A stretch of DNA of 63,590 bases, filler included, from Octopus bimaculoides (taxonomy: Eukaryota), in NCBI RefSeq assembly GCF_001194135.2. It is 4 parts of 4 records of this genome, joined end to end, with 100 filler letters (N's around TTAATTAATTAA, not from the genome) between each part and the next. Parts side by side here need not be neighbours in the genome. Positions count along the whole stretch, not along the records: positions 19,613 to 49,752 come from NC_068986.1; positions 49,853 to 62,406 come from NC_068983.1; 2 more parts are not named here. One strand, given 5' to 3'. The notes beneath the pieces were generated by a model. That model was given only the letters and a program-made list of their open reading frames with translations. It ran no database searches and was not told where the DNA came from. Position numbers and translations under genes: made by a program. This document shows, in pieces, positions 37,584 through 51,397 of this stretch (positions are counted from its first letter, which is position 1; each line of letters begins with the position of its first letter).

Positions 37584-39984
37584 TGTGTCTCTCTGTGTGT
37601 GTACATACATACATATGTATGTATCGGTGTATGAGTGTATACATGTATAAACCTGAGTATACACACATACACACGTATAAATATATCTATACACGCACGC
37701 ACACATGCGCATACACACATACATATAAATATAAAGGTTTGTATATAAACAAATTGGAATATATTCCAACCTCACAGTATTCTTTATTTTTTGACGAACT
37801 TTTAAGTATATACGTCCATACAGAGGTTCAACAGAACGACTAATAATATTACAAAACTAACATAACTATATACATTCATATACACATTTGTACATATATA
37901 TGATTACGTTTAAACACGTTACAACTGTTATAAGTGGTCATAAAACAAATTGAGCGAATTTCATTGACAGTTTCTACATCATTTTATTGTGTCAAAGATG
38001 TACTCAGATGCTGGTTATTGTAATTGTTAATGCTGTTGTTGATTTTCTTCTCTCTTCATAACTATTAATGTAGTTGCTGTTGTAATTGTCGAAACCATCG
38101 CCACTTTTGTCATATTTTTCTTTCTTCTTTTTTTCTTATCAACGCAGCACTTACCGAAATGAAATAACGAAAGCAAAACACAAAACCTAACAACTTGCTT
38201 CACAAAATGATTTTTAAATATTACATAAAAATACAACTATATAAATGCGAAATTGAAAATATTTTTAAAAATCACGGTAGAGTAAAAACTAAATGGAAAC
38301 ATACTAGCAGATTTAAAATCTGCTTTATCGATTAAATGTGCTGTAGTTGCCATCTTGATGTTTACTGGAGAAGAAAGTAACATATAAACAAGCGTCATAG
38401 AATATTTGCCGTAGCTGGCGTGAGTGCCCACGTTTATAAGGTATTGATTTTATGCTTGGTCTACTACATTTTTCGGAAGGTACTTGTCTGAGCACTTAAC
38501 CGGTTTTAGAGGTTAAGCTAAGTGACTGAACAATCTCTAAAAAGCAAGAAATAGATTAATATGAGTCATCGGCAAGCTTACTACAAAGCTAAAGCCTTTT
38601 TAATATCATGAAGGAAGCCGTTACAAAGGTTGTTACAAACTTTATATTTCCACTTTCATTAAACTGTTCCATAAACATCACTGTGGCCAATTCTCCTTAA
38701 AATTGCTTCTTTCTATTTCTGTTGCTGTGTGTTGTGGATGTTATATATTTTCAAACGGAGAGAGTATTTTGTATATGTCCTCTAGAAGATTGTTAAACTA
38801 GCTCTAAGTGAAAAGAAATTTTTAGGTCATGGACACTGAAAGCAGCCAATATTTGGATATGACCTTACCAACTCAATGGCGTTCGACCGTCAGTTTATCG
38901 ATAACTGCTGTTGCATCCATCTATTTGTATGCATTTTTCTGAAAACAATATTTGAAGACATGTTTATAATTGAATCACTTATCACTCGAGTAAATGGAAA
39001 ATATTCTAAAAACTTAAGGAAAGTGTTTGACTGCCATATATATATTTCAATTCACTACACAAAAGGTGTTTCATTCTGTGCAAATTCCATTTAGCCGTCA
39101 GAACAAATCAAGAGTATGGACTGGAAATTGAAAATAACTTGGAAAAAATAAAAGTAATATTTCAAAAAATAATGATGATGGTAAGCGGAGGAAAGAACGT
39201 CATCTGACAATTGGTGAAACAAGAAATAATTTAAGGATTGTGTGCATTGACAGGAATAAAATCTGTTTATATTATAATCCACTTTACGTGTACATATGCA
39301 AAATGAATTCTTCTATATTAATTTCCATATTTCATAATAGATTTTATTTTCAGTTTTATTTATTGCAATTGATAAAGAGTTTTAAAATGATGGAGTTTCG
39401 TTTGACCGAAAGCTATTGCTACCTTATATATATATATTCTTAATTGTGATAAACATAAATCGTTCCATTCCAGTAGCTCTCTACGTAATATTCAATATTT
39501 CAACAACGTGTGCGTGTTTGTGTACAGGCTAACACAAACATTTATGCATACATGTATAATCATGTATATATGCGTATATGTATGTATTTATGTATGCTGC
39601 TATATGTATGTGTATATGCATGTGTGTGTGTGTGTATGTGTGTTTAAGATTGCGATCTGATAATCGTTTACGTCTACAATCATCAAAAAAATCGATGTCA
39701 ATCAAATTGAATACTTTCATGTATATTTGTTGGGTTTTGAGCCTTCAATGTATCAGTCACATAAGTTTGTTTGCAGCATTAAATAGTTTATATGATTAGT
39801 TGACGGGAAATCAGGAAAATGAATCATATAAGTAGAAAACCTATTTGCATTCGTAATGCATCAACATCGCTGCGAACCTTACGGTTATCAGCCTAATCTC
39901 CCACCGTTATATCTAAGATGATAATTTAACAGAATGCTGCGTCAACTTTCCGCATGATGATGTCAAAGTCAAGTAATATATATT

Positions 39985-40150
39985 TAGTTATTTGATTGCG
40001 GCCATGCTGGATCACCGCCTTTAGTCGAAAAAATCGACCCAGGACTTATTCTATCGGATCCTTTTGCCGAACCGCTAAGTAACGGGGGCATAAACACACC
40101 AACATCGGTTGTCAAGCGATGGTGGGGCGACAAACACAGACATACAAACA
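39985..40150 (-). mobile_element. Family-C 3' module
   Basis: gcggccatgctggatcaccgcctttagtcga…ttttgccgaaccgctaag…cggttgtcaagcgat. Confidence 0.8.
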
Positions 40151-40405
40151 TATACACATACACACGCGCACAAACATATATTTACGTCACAAATTCTAAT
40201 AAAATCTCTATTCGGCAATACTGAAATATATTAGTTCAGCTTTATCCCTAATTAACTATTACTTATATAATTTCAATATTGAAATCATTTGGTTTAAATA
40301 TTACTCTACAGTAGCTTTTATTTTTATTACATTTCGTTTAGTTCCAGACTATTAGCACGCTTATTTATTTACATCTTTGTAATTAGATTTGATTTGCCGT
40401 TCATT

Positions 40406-40407
<2 letters not shown>

Positions 40408-40461
<54 letters not shown>

Positions 40462-40509
40462 CTATCTCTCTCTCTCTATCTATCTCTCTCTCTCTTTCTC
40501 TCTCTCTCA

Positions 40510-40552
<43 letters not shown>

Positions 40553-40565
40553 ACACACACACACA
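40408..40565. repeat. (CT)n/(CA)n microsatellite
   Basis: Visible directly. Confidence 0.95.
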
Positions 40566-42469
40566 TTTCTCAATATTTCTTCACACCCTCTAGTGCTTCT
40601 AATTTGAAAGCAAGAAAGTACGAATGTGTATTATACCTGTGCATGATACGATTGTTTGTGTTAGTGAGTGCTAAATAAAAACAAACCAAAAATAACACTT
40701 TTGAAGCTTGCCCTTAAGATGAAAACGAAAAAAAAAACATTATTCAATAAGATCAAGAAGAAATTTCTTACAAAATAAATACTTACTTTTACATCATTTT
40801 GTACTTGCAGTGTCTACTCCTTAAGGTTCAGATAACAGAAACTAATACTATTTCTTTTCTAAATCTCTCAACGGAGAAAGTAAAATTAACAAAAACGAAA
40901 GCAGAAGAAAAAATCGTTTACTAAAACATATCCTTTCTATTTTATATCTTGTAGCACTGTTACTGTTCTAATGAGAAAGCTAAACCAAACTTAAAGACAA
41001 AATGCTATTGCTCAGTAGGAACATAATTAGATAAGTTCAACACGCGAGAATACATACGTCTATGAGTATCTATAAACGATATTTCTTTCATGCATGTAAG
41101 TCAACAATATACATGGTATTAACAAAATATGTGACTATAAATTAATACTGACGTACGTTTGTAGTTGGTATCAATCTGTTATTATCTTGAACAATTATTA
41201 CATATTTGTGAATGTTACACCAACACCTGATTATTCTGGCATATAATATTTAGTAAGTTAAAGAATTATTGCATAGCAGCAGAGAACACGCCAAAGTTAA
41301 CCTTTTTCTCATTTCTTGGTCACGAGTAAACAGTAACTAGGGAGAACTGTGAATATTTCACGGAATTAATGGTAAACTTATTGGGTTATTTCTGAACACC
41401 CTATCCAAAAAACTAAAAGCGTAGCCTGGGTTGTATCTGTATCAAAAGATAATCGCTCATCTGCTATCATTGAAAAATGAATGAAATTGGAATACGATGA
41501 TTACTTAATGCACTTTATATATAACTTTATATACTTTATGCACTACTCTATAGACTTAATACACAGCACTCTCCCTCTTACTCTCCCACTCTTTGCCTTA
41601 CCCTCTTTTCTCTCTTACTTTTCTTTCGCTTTTCGCCTTTCCCTTCAACTAATCACGTGAAAGTGTTACAGACGGGCTAAGTAACGGAGAAAAAACAGTT
41701 TTAAAATGTACACATTTCACTCGCCATTACCTCTTCCTTCTCTTACTCTATCTTCCCTCCTCTCCCCATATCCCTCCTCCCTCCCTTCCCGTCCCTTTCC
41801 CCTTCCTCCACACACACTTCCTTTCCTCCTTTTACGGACAGGTCAAGTAACGAAATGACAGGAAGAATTATTATAAGATTGGTCTATTTTCAATTCACTT
41901 GCATAATGAAATAGTACATAATTACTGTATGTTTAAACTGATTCATCGAAGTAAGTACAAAACTATCAAGTAAAATATTTATCTGAGATAAACATTTCCC
42001 AGATTTAAATCTCTTAAAATATTTTTTACGCGTGAAATCCTTGTCAAAAAATGACCAGATTCATATACATAAGTCAGTGGTAAAATATTTAATGCGAAAA
42101 GCATTAAATAACGGACTAGAAATAAAATTAAGTGGTGGGGTACAACAACATTAGTCATCGGCTCATATGGTTTTAATTATTTTGACAAGTTCCAAAGACT
42201 ACTGCAGCCATAGCGAACGTAGGCTTCATCGCAACTGGCAGAGCAGAGATAGAAATAATAGTAAATAAGTGCACCTATCCGATCGTTATTGATCACGAAG
42301 TGTTCCTATATCTAATTTATTAACTTCAAAGGAGGGCAATCATGTGATGTTAAGCGAAATTGTATACAAGTTTATAATAGTAAATCAATCTAAAAGATTG
42401 ATAAAATAATCCAGTTCACTATCTTCCAGACGCAGGCAATATCATTAAAGAACATTGAATCTTTTATGT

Positions 42470-42627
42470 TTTATCTCTTACGTCTTACTCACATTAGACT
42501 GCGGCCAGTTTGAAGGGCTTAGTCGAACAAATCGGCCACTATACCTATTTTTTAAAGCCTCGTACTTGCTCTATCGGAAATTTTTGCCGAACCGCTAGCT
42601 GACAGAAGCTTAAATATATACATATAA

Positions 42628-42714
<87 letters not shown>

Positions 42715-43135
42715 CGAATTTACACCAGCATGGTCGCAGTCAAATGACTGAAACAAGTAAAAGATAAAAGATATTTTTTACCTTTCATCTTTTACTTGTT
42801 TCAGTTATTAGCCTGAGGCTATGCTGGGGCACCACCTTGATGAATGTTTAGTCGAATGTGTCGACTCTAATACTTAATTCTTTAAGCCTGGTACTTATTC
42901 TATAGATTCATTTTGCCGAACCGCTAGTTTACAGGAATGTAAACGCACAAGCACTGATTTCCAAGTGGTAGAGGGGCAAACACAGACATAATCACGCACA
43001 CACATACGGCAGGCTTCTTTCATTTTCCGTCTACTAAATCCACTCACAAGGCTTTGGTCGGCCCATAGTATAGTAGAAGACATTAGGCCAAGGTGTAACG
43101 CAGAGGGATTGAACCCTGAACCATGTGGTTGGGTT
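42470..43135 (-). mobile_element. Family-C cluster: minus 3' module, (GT)n, plus tail end (42725-42770), complete minus copy (42775-43135)
   Basis: Matches to the C head and 3' module. (GT)n runs 42633-42711. Confidence 0.8.
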
Positions 43136-44639
43136 CTTATCATACACTCACGACTTTTTTAAGATTCAGAATGTTTAGTTTTAAATGACGTTTAATATAT
43201 TGGTAATATAACAGTTGTGTTGCTCAAACACCACTACTTATATATGTATATCAGTTGAAAAAGAAAAGTTTCTCTCTAAAACGTGTTTCCAGAATAACTA
43301 CCAGTCTTTTCTTTCTCCATACATCAGTTACAATTAAAGTATGTAAGCTTCTCTGATCTATGTTAAATGGTTCTAGTTAGAATGGACACTGCTTCCGAAC
43401 ACGGACACTGGGGCAATGATACTTTTGACGTCTCTTTTCAATTAATAGGTATGATAGGCTAGAAGAAATTGTGTATTGCTTTACGGTTGCACGGGAAGTA
43501 ATTTCATTTACTTAGCCCTCTTGTTAAACTTCTAAACAGGAGCAAACGAATGAAGTTCTTACTTGAACGTTCGAGATGCAGAAACTTGGCCTGTATCCGC
43601 TCTTATCTTTTACCTTACTATTTTAGAATTGAATTTTAGAAAGTTGAGATATCACTATAAAATAAGATATTCACCTTCTATAAAGTATTGCTGAGATCTA
43701 ATGGTGGGGGAGTGGGAAACTGTGGGGGAATATGAAACTGGCATAGAAACAGAAATATATAATGTTTATGAGCCAATGTAGAAGCTTCTACACAGCAGAT
43801 TGATAAGCAAGACATGCCCAAGAAGACAAAGAAAACATACCAGCCAAATTTCAAGTCATATTCTACCGTTTTTACAATAAGGGAGGAAATGCTTGAGTAT
43901 GTATCTTGAAACAAACTAAGAGGTCTGAATGATATCAAAGAGAATGTCCTCAGCTATGGTGTACCAAGGATTTATCAATGGCATACATTAGCTTAATTTA
44001 GTTACAGATCTTATAAAAATCAGAAAATAATGCTACGTGTAAGTTTTATATATTGTAAGTAGTAAATAAGGATTTCATAATTTCGTATCAGAGCAATACA
44101 GTTGTAATTTTTCCATGTATAGAGTGATAAGAAATGATAATCCCTAAACTATTCTGAATTATCATAAGAGACAATGTCTATAAATAGGTGTTGTGATGAT
44201 AAGAGAATATATTGCTATGGTTGTTCTCTTGTTTCATCAATTTCAAGAAAGAATATTTCAGTTTGATATAGAAAAGTACAGTTATCCACCAAGAAACATG
44301 CGCATCACGCATGGACTCATAGTTATATACGTCACCATAAATAGATTTAAATGTACTTACGTGATATAGGCTCGTACTAAATATGTGCACCAAAAGTATC
44401 AGGTTTAAACACCTAACTATAAATGTTTCGATATATACTTACATGCCTGCATATAGACGTACACATTAATCTGAGAATCTAAATCCATAAGTGAATGCAA
44501 ATATATACTCATAAGTATATAAATATAAATATACATAAGTATGATTACTCACACACACATACGCGCGCGCGCACGCACACACACTCACACACACGTACAC
44601 AGATATGTAGAGAGAGAGAGAAAGGTGTATATTCATGTT

Positions 44640-44670
<31 letters not shown>

Positions 44671-45103
44671 NNNNNNNNNNNNNNNNNNNNNNNNNNNNNN
44701 NNNNNNNNNNNNNNNNNNNNNNNNNNNNNNNNNNNNNNNNNNNNNNNNNNNNNNNNNNNNNNNNNNNNNNNNNNNNNNNNNNNNNNNNNNNNNNNNNNNN
44801 NNNNNNNNNNNNNNNNNNNNNNNNNNNNNNNNNNNNNNNNNNNNNNNNNNNNNNNNNNNNNNNNNNNNNNNNNNNNNNNNNNNNNNNNNNNNNNNNNNNN
44901 NNNNNNNNNNNNNNNNNNNNNNNNNNNNNNNNNNNNNNNNNNNNNNNNNNNNNNNNNNNNNNNNNNNNNNNNNNNNNNNNNNNNNNNNNNNNNNNNNNNN
45001 NNNNNNNNNNNNNNNNNNNNNNNNNNNNNNNNNNNNNNNNNNNNNNNNNNNNNNNNNNNNNNNNNNNNNNNNNNNNNNNNNNNNNNNNNNNNNNNNNNNN
45101 NNN

Positions 45104-45138
<35 letters not shown>

Positions 45139-45659
45139 GTATGTATGCGTGTATGTATGCATAAGCTTGTGTGCGTGTAGATACATGTTTATATCTGTAC
45201 GTATATAGGGACCAAGGTAATGACAAAGAAAGAAAGAGAGTGAGAAAGAAAGACAGGGAGACTTTTTAAAACAGTCTTGAAATAGTTTTGATTAACGGCT
45301 TACCTTTGCAGAGCTATAGGGAATAATCGATGATCTTATTGAATTATCCAAATGAAGTAGAAAGACATTTTGTAAAGTGAATTGATTATTCTTAGTGATC
45401 GATCCCGAAATTATTATACAGTAAATATATCTTTACTAATATAGAGAAATTTCAGACTTCTTAATTTAGTTCTTAGTGCACAAGTATATAAGTACTGGTT
45501 TGAATTGAAGTATACATATTCAAATACAATGTACTCCAATAAGAGCTGTAGACATACAAATATACAGTGGATACAATTCATACATATTTACACACGTAAG
45601 TCCATGTAAGTACAAATGCACATACAAACTCACACATATATACACGTACGTATATATAT

Positions 45660-45762
<103 letters not shown>

Positions 45763-46159
45763 ATGCATGTATGTATATATGTATGAATGTATGTATCTAT
45801 GTATGTTTGTATGTGTGTTCGTATGTAGTTGAGAAATTTTGCTTTTCTTAAAAACAGCTAAACTTATCTGCGTACAGGACACAGTACCAAAAGAGAGTTT
45901 GATATTTACAATACAAGATACATGAATTTTAATAACTGTATGAATATAAGGAATAGGCAGCAAAACTATGAAGTGAGTATAAGGAAATTAAATCTGTACA
46001 CACACATATAGGGTAAGCCGACCCGCGACCCGGGTAAGACCACGTCCTAGACCTATTTCACTCTAAGTTACATCTCGAGTTCTTTGTCCCCTTTGCTGAT
46101 GAAACCTCATAGGAGTCCGAGAGCCTGAAAGGGATTCGCACATCGGTCACACATATGTG

Positions 46160-47400
46160 TATACATATATTGATAAAACCACCACCTGCCACATGTTCAT
46201 CACTTACATCCTCAAGATTTTCCGGAAAAAATCCAAATGAGAGTGAAGCACATGAACTTTTAGAGACATGTTACATCCCATATCATTATAATAACTCAGC
46301 AGATCATTCACAACTTGCACATTGTCTTCTGAACAATGGTTGCCCAGGAAGTTATCGCAAACTTTCTTGAATGACTCAAAGGCAAGCTTCTCGTTTCTTT
46401 TGAGATGTGTGATGAAGGTTTCATCAAGTACAATTTTTCGAATTTGGGGACCTATGAAGAAACCTTATTTAATTTTAGCTTGACTCAAGGAAGGGAACGT
46501 TTCTGCAAGATATGCAAATGCGGAGGATTCCTTGTCCAAGGCCTTCACAAATTGTTTAAAGAAACCATGTTTAATATGCAAAGTTGGTAAAAAAAATTAT
46601 CACTTTCACAAGTGGTTTGTGCATGATGTGTTTTCCTTGCTTAATTTCATCTCGGATAGGTCAATCATTGCGTACATAATGTTCAGCTCTTGCTCTAGAA
46701 TTCCATAAGAACAGCAGGCAGCAAAATTTAGTATAGCCAAGCTGAAGGCCAGTAAGCATGGCCACAACCTTAAAATCTGTACAAATATGCCAGATATGGT
46801 CATCATACTGTATACATTTTAGAATTGCTTTCAGATTTTCATATGATTCTTTAATATGCTATGGGAACAAGAGGCAGAGTGGTACCATTGTGTAACAGAA
46901 CAGCTTTGATGCTGTCCTTGGATGCATCTATGAACATTCACTACTGGAATGTTCATCAGCACTGCTGGAACTCTGCTTTTCTTGATCTGGAGGTTTGGAC
47001 ACAGGTAAATTTTGTGAGTGCTCTACTGGGAGCATTGCTGATTGCAAATTTGGGTAAACAATGTGTTTCTTTTTCTTTATTGTAGTACAGACTGTAAAGT
47101 CATGGCGAGAGAAATAGTAATCACTAGAGTGATCTTTATTCTCACGCCAAATCATTGGCACACCAAACTTCATGAGAACATACCAATGCGGAAGAGAATT
47201 TTTATGTAATAATAATGACAAAAAGGTATACAGTGACAATTCTGTAGACGTCATGCCTAATTCAACATAAAGAAGGCCAGAAATGGATTTCCCATGTCAT
47301 TTTGCATATGAAAATGACCACAGATCTCTTGTGTATTTATTGGGTTTTTAACAGAGCATGCCCATAACATATGTTATCGGAGAACAAATACTGGGAGAAC
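46160..47400 (-). mobile_element. Decayed DNA-transposon transposase, probably Chapaev3-type (CMC superfamily)
   Basis: FGVPMIWRENKDHSSDYYF…YPNLQSAMLPVEHS, then (after an internal deletion) FIDASKDSIKAVLLHNG, HICTDFKVVAMLTGLQLGYTKFCC, PTLHIKHGFFKQFVKAL, FIGPQIRK and GCNMSLKVHVLHSHLDFF. The family name is from memory of these motifs. No TIRs were identified. Confidence 0.75.
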
Positions 47401-48355
47401 TGGTCTATCGACAGTTTGTATACATTAAGTATGATACATAGATTGCTACTAAATAATGATTATTATATTGAGTAAATACTGCGTAAATTGGTTGTGGATG
47501 TGTGTGTGTACATATATGTTTGTGTGTGTGTTTCTGTGTATGCATGTATATATATATATGTAGTATGTAGGTATGTATGTATGTCAAGTCAACCTGAGTT
47601 GTACGAAATGCATTGCAATTCAAAGCTTCGTTTAATAAAACTTTCGTCATGCACAAGAAAGTAAAACATTATCATGATAATTGATACTTACTCTAAATAG
47701 GAAATGCAATGGTTGCAAGAAAATAAGTCTAATATCGCGATGATATTATTAGCTAGAAAGAGCAATTTTATATTTGTTTCGGAACGCGTTTAAATCTTGT
47801 TTTGGACGCATTTAAATCTCGGTTTTATTACATCAGTATAGCATACTGCTGTTCTTCTCCGAAAAAGATATAGATAATTTACCATATTAGAGGATAGCTC
47901 AGTCACTAACTAGTGTTATTGACATAATTAAATAAATAGAAAATAAGACAAAAGGAGAATGAATATAGATAGACATTCGGTAGTAAGATGAATACTTACT
48001 TCACAAACACCCCATAATTAGCCTTTGCGAGATATTTTTCACTGAGAATACTCAAGAAGTTTTATAAAATCATGAATTATATGAGCCAGATGACATGTGT
48101 ATAGAGTTGAAATATAGAGGGAATTTGCTAACCTCTGATACACGAAATAAAAATAAATATGTCATCTTGTAGGAAGATGTTTGCATATATGTGTATAAGA
48201 CGTAAAAAAAATTTGGCTTCTCTTAATGTTATTACTTAATTACTACTATCCAATAAGCGATTTGGTACTTATCTATTAGGTGAATCATCCATCTAATATA
48301 AGAATTCTCTAAGGAATTGATAAAACTACATGTGAGTCTGCCTGCGTGCGCGCAC

Positions 48356-48357
<2 letters not shown>

Positions 48358-48422
<65 letters not shown>
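48358..48422. repeat. (GT)n microsatellite
   Basis: Visible directly. Confidence 0.95.
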
Positions 48423-48423
<1 letters not shown>

Positions 48424-48929
48424 ATGTGTATGTATGTGGAGGGAGTGTGCGTGTGTGTGCGTCAGCAAGTGAGCATCTCAAAAATTCTAAGTATAAATAT
48501 TCCATCTTTCCCCTTGCGAATAATACAAAATGTGACTGAAATGTTTAATGAAACTACAGTATGGTATATCTTACAGTGTTTTAGAATGCTACAGATGTCA
48601 GAATTGATCGTAACTAGAATCAAGAATATTGTTTCCTTTCTGACAAAAATGAAGAGTTGAACCACTCTCAAGACAAATAGAGAAATGCAATAATAGAAGT
48701 TTTCACAAAATTCTTGGAAACAGCTCAAAAGAGAAGCTCAAAAGATAATAATAGCAAATCTTGGTTCAGTAATAACAAAGAATATATTGTAAACGAAGAA
48801 ATATAATATACCTGCACCACTACAAATTGCTGTAGATTGTATTTTCTGATTTGTGTCTAATTATAATAATTATTATAGCTGTAATGCTCCCCAGCTACTT
48901 CTACTCATCATCAGAGATACACATATAGT

Positions 48930-49112
48930 CAGCCACCCAGGCACATGTTCAACTGGTTAAGGCAAAACAGCTGACAAGCAAATCTCTGGTATTGAACAGA
49001 ATATACCAAAACATAGCATATACATGATAACACTTCGAATCAGTTAAGATCAGAAGCCATGAGAGCCAGTGCCTGGTACTGCATGAGGGCATTTATTATT
49101 ATTATTATTATT

Positions 49113-49113
<1 letters not shown>
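48930..49113 (+). mobile_element. 3' end of an unassigned retroposon with a (TTA)n tail
   Basis: The non-simple sequence …cagaagccatgagagccagtgcctggtactgcatgagggcat ends abruptly in (TTA)n. The identity is inferred only. Confidence 0.4.
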
Positions 49114-49163
<50 letters not shown>

Positions 49164-49580
49164 GCACAGATTCTGAGGCTGGAGATGTACTACGGTGCCA
49201 GCTGTTCACTACCAGTGAACTAAAGTAACACCTCTTATTTTTCGAGAACCTTCCGGAGTATTCGAGCGGTTTCAAGCAGTGCTGTTTTCTGCAAGTGTTC
49301 CATCCTTATCACAGTCCCTATTTGTTTCGCGTACTTCTCGAGATTTTTGCTCACTGTTCCCAGGGCTCCGACAATTATTGCTACTACTACCACCTTTTTC
49401 ATCGACCACAACTGCTTAACCTCCCAAGCTAACCTGTCATATCTATCGACTTTTCTTTCTTCCTTATCGCATACCTTGTTGTTAGCTGAGCATGCTATAT
49501 CTATGATCCAGCATAGTTTGTTTTCTTTCTGAATTAAGACTATGTCCGGCTTCCTGGTTGCACTGAATCATAAAATCCCA

Positions 49581-49581
<1 letters not shown>
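49164..49581 (-). mobile_element. 5'-truncated R4/Dong-like element (RLE C-terminus and 3'UTR) embedded in a TAA/CAA microsatellite
   Basis: Stop-free frame 49558-49235: TRKPDIVLIQKENKLCWIIDIACS…RYDRLAWEVKQLWSMKKVVVVAIIVGALGTV…HLQKTALLETARILRKVLEK*. (TAA)n lies 5' (49582-49752) and (CAA)n(TAA)n lies 3' (49092-49163). Confidence 0.9.
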
Positions 49582-49644
<63 letters not shown>

Positions 49645-49669
49645 GTTATTATTATTATTATTATTATTA

Positions 49670-49752
<83 letters not shown>

Positions 49753-49852
49753 NNNNNNNNNNNNNNNNNNNNNNNNNNNNNNNNNNNNNNNNNNNNTTAA
49801 TTAATTAANNNNNNNNNNNNNNNNNNNNNNNNNNNNNNNNNNNNNNNNNNNN

Positions 49853-49902
<50 letters not shown>

Positions 49903-50313
49903 TATACATAGGTGTATTGATGTTATTCTCATCCTTGTAAGGAATCATATATTGGCATGCATATACGAATCTAAAACGTGCATACATACAGACATGTAAG
50001 CATATACGTATATGTATGTATGTATGCATATATATGCATACATACATGCATATTTGCATGTATATGCATACATTTACACATGCATATATATATGCATATG
50101 TGTGTATATATGCAACAACACACACTCACACATGCATATATATATGAATAGGTAGATGTGTAAATTCGTATATACATGATCAATATACATCAATACAAAT
50201 ACCTACATTCATATATATACACACGCTTATACCTGGTTAACAGTCGAATAAGACTTGTACACATGCTCAACGTTAATATGTACATACATGCATACATATA
50301 TGCACGCATGAAA

Positions 50314-50348
<35 letters not shown>

Positions 50349-50422
50349 GGATGGATAATGCTGTACATTTTGATTATATATATATATACATACATACATT
50401 CATACATACATATATATCTATA

Positions 50423-50479
<57 letters not shown>

Positions 50480-51015
50480 CACCTCATTATGAATATGTAC
50501 ATTGATTCGTACATTCATATTTGTATGCACTCATACGTGTTTAAAATGTTTGCGTCCATATAACTGTGCGTGTGTATTCGCGTTTCGAGCGTGTGAGGTG
50601 GTTCTTCTTTGTTTTCAGGTGTATACATGTGTGCGCATGCGTGTGTGTGTGTGCTGAATCATGAAATTTTCAGAAACTGAAGACACGTTAAGGAAAGTGT
50701 AATGAATAGAAACATCTGAGGCAGACTAAAGCTATCGTAAACTTGTAGGAGATTCAATAGAGAATGAGAATAACTTCGTTTAGAAACTTTATAGGAAGTT
50801 GAAGTATAACCGGAAGTTAATTTGAAATACAATATGTAACTCCGTGAAAAGAATAGAGAAAAATATGCGCAGTATTTGCTTCTGAAAATATTGATATATT
50901 TCTACTTGTTGCATAGTGAAGTTTCGTTCGTAGTTGTATTAGAAAATTATGGAGGATTTCATCTTAAATATCCATTGTATGTTACTTAAGTTTTATTAGT
51001 ATATAAAAGCAGACT

Positions 51016-51397
51016 GTTGTTGGCACTCCGTCGCTTACGACGTCGAGGGTTCCAGTTGATCCGATCAACGGAACAGCCTGCTCGTGAAATTAACGTGAAA
51101 GTGGCTGAGCACTCCACACTCACGTGTACCTTTACGTAGTTCTCGGGGATATTCAGCGTGACACAGTGTGACAAGGCTGACCCTTTGAATTACAGGCACA
51201 ACAGAAACAGGAAGTAAGAGTGAGAGAAAGTTGTGGTGAAAGAGTACAACAGGGTTCACCGCCATCCTCTGCCGGAGCCTCGTTGGATCTTTAGGTGTTT
51301 TCGCTCAATAAACACTCACAACGTCCGGTCTGGGAATCGAAACCGCGATCCTATGACCGCGAGTCCGCTGCCCTAACCACTGGGCCATTGTACTTCC
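51016..51397 (-). mobile_element. Full-length family-A SINE with 11-bp TSD
   Basis: TSD aaaagcagact at 51005-51015 and 51398-51408. Confidence 0.92.

Noticed and set aside
48000-48041. 42-nt minus-strand micro-exon candidate (EKYLAKANYGVFV) with a GTAAGT donor
   Set aside because: Weak acceptor, very short and no supporting neighbours, so within chance expectation.
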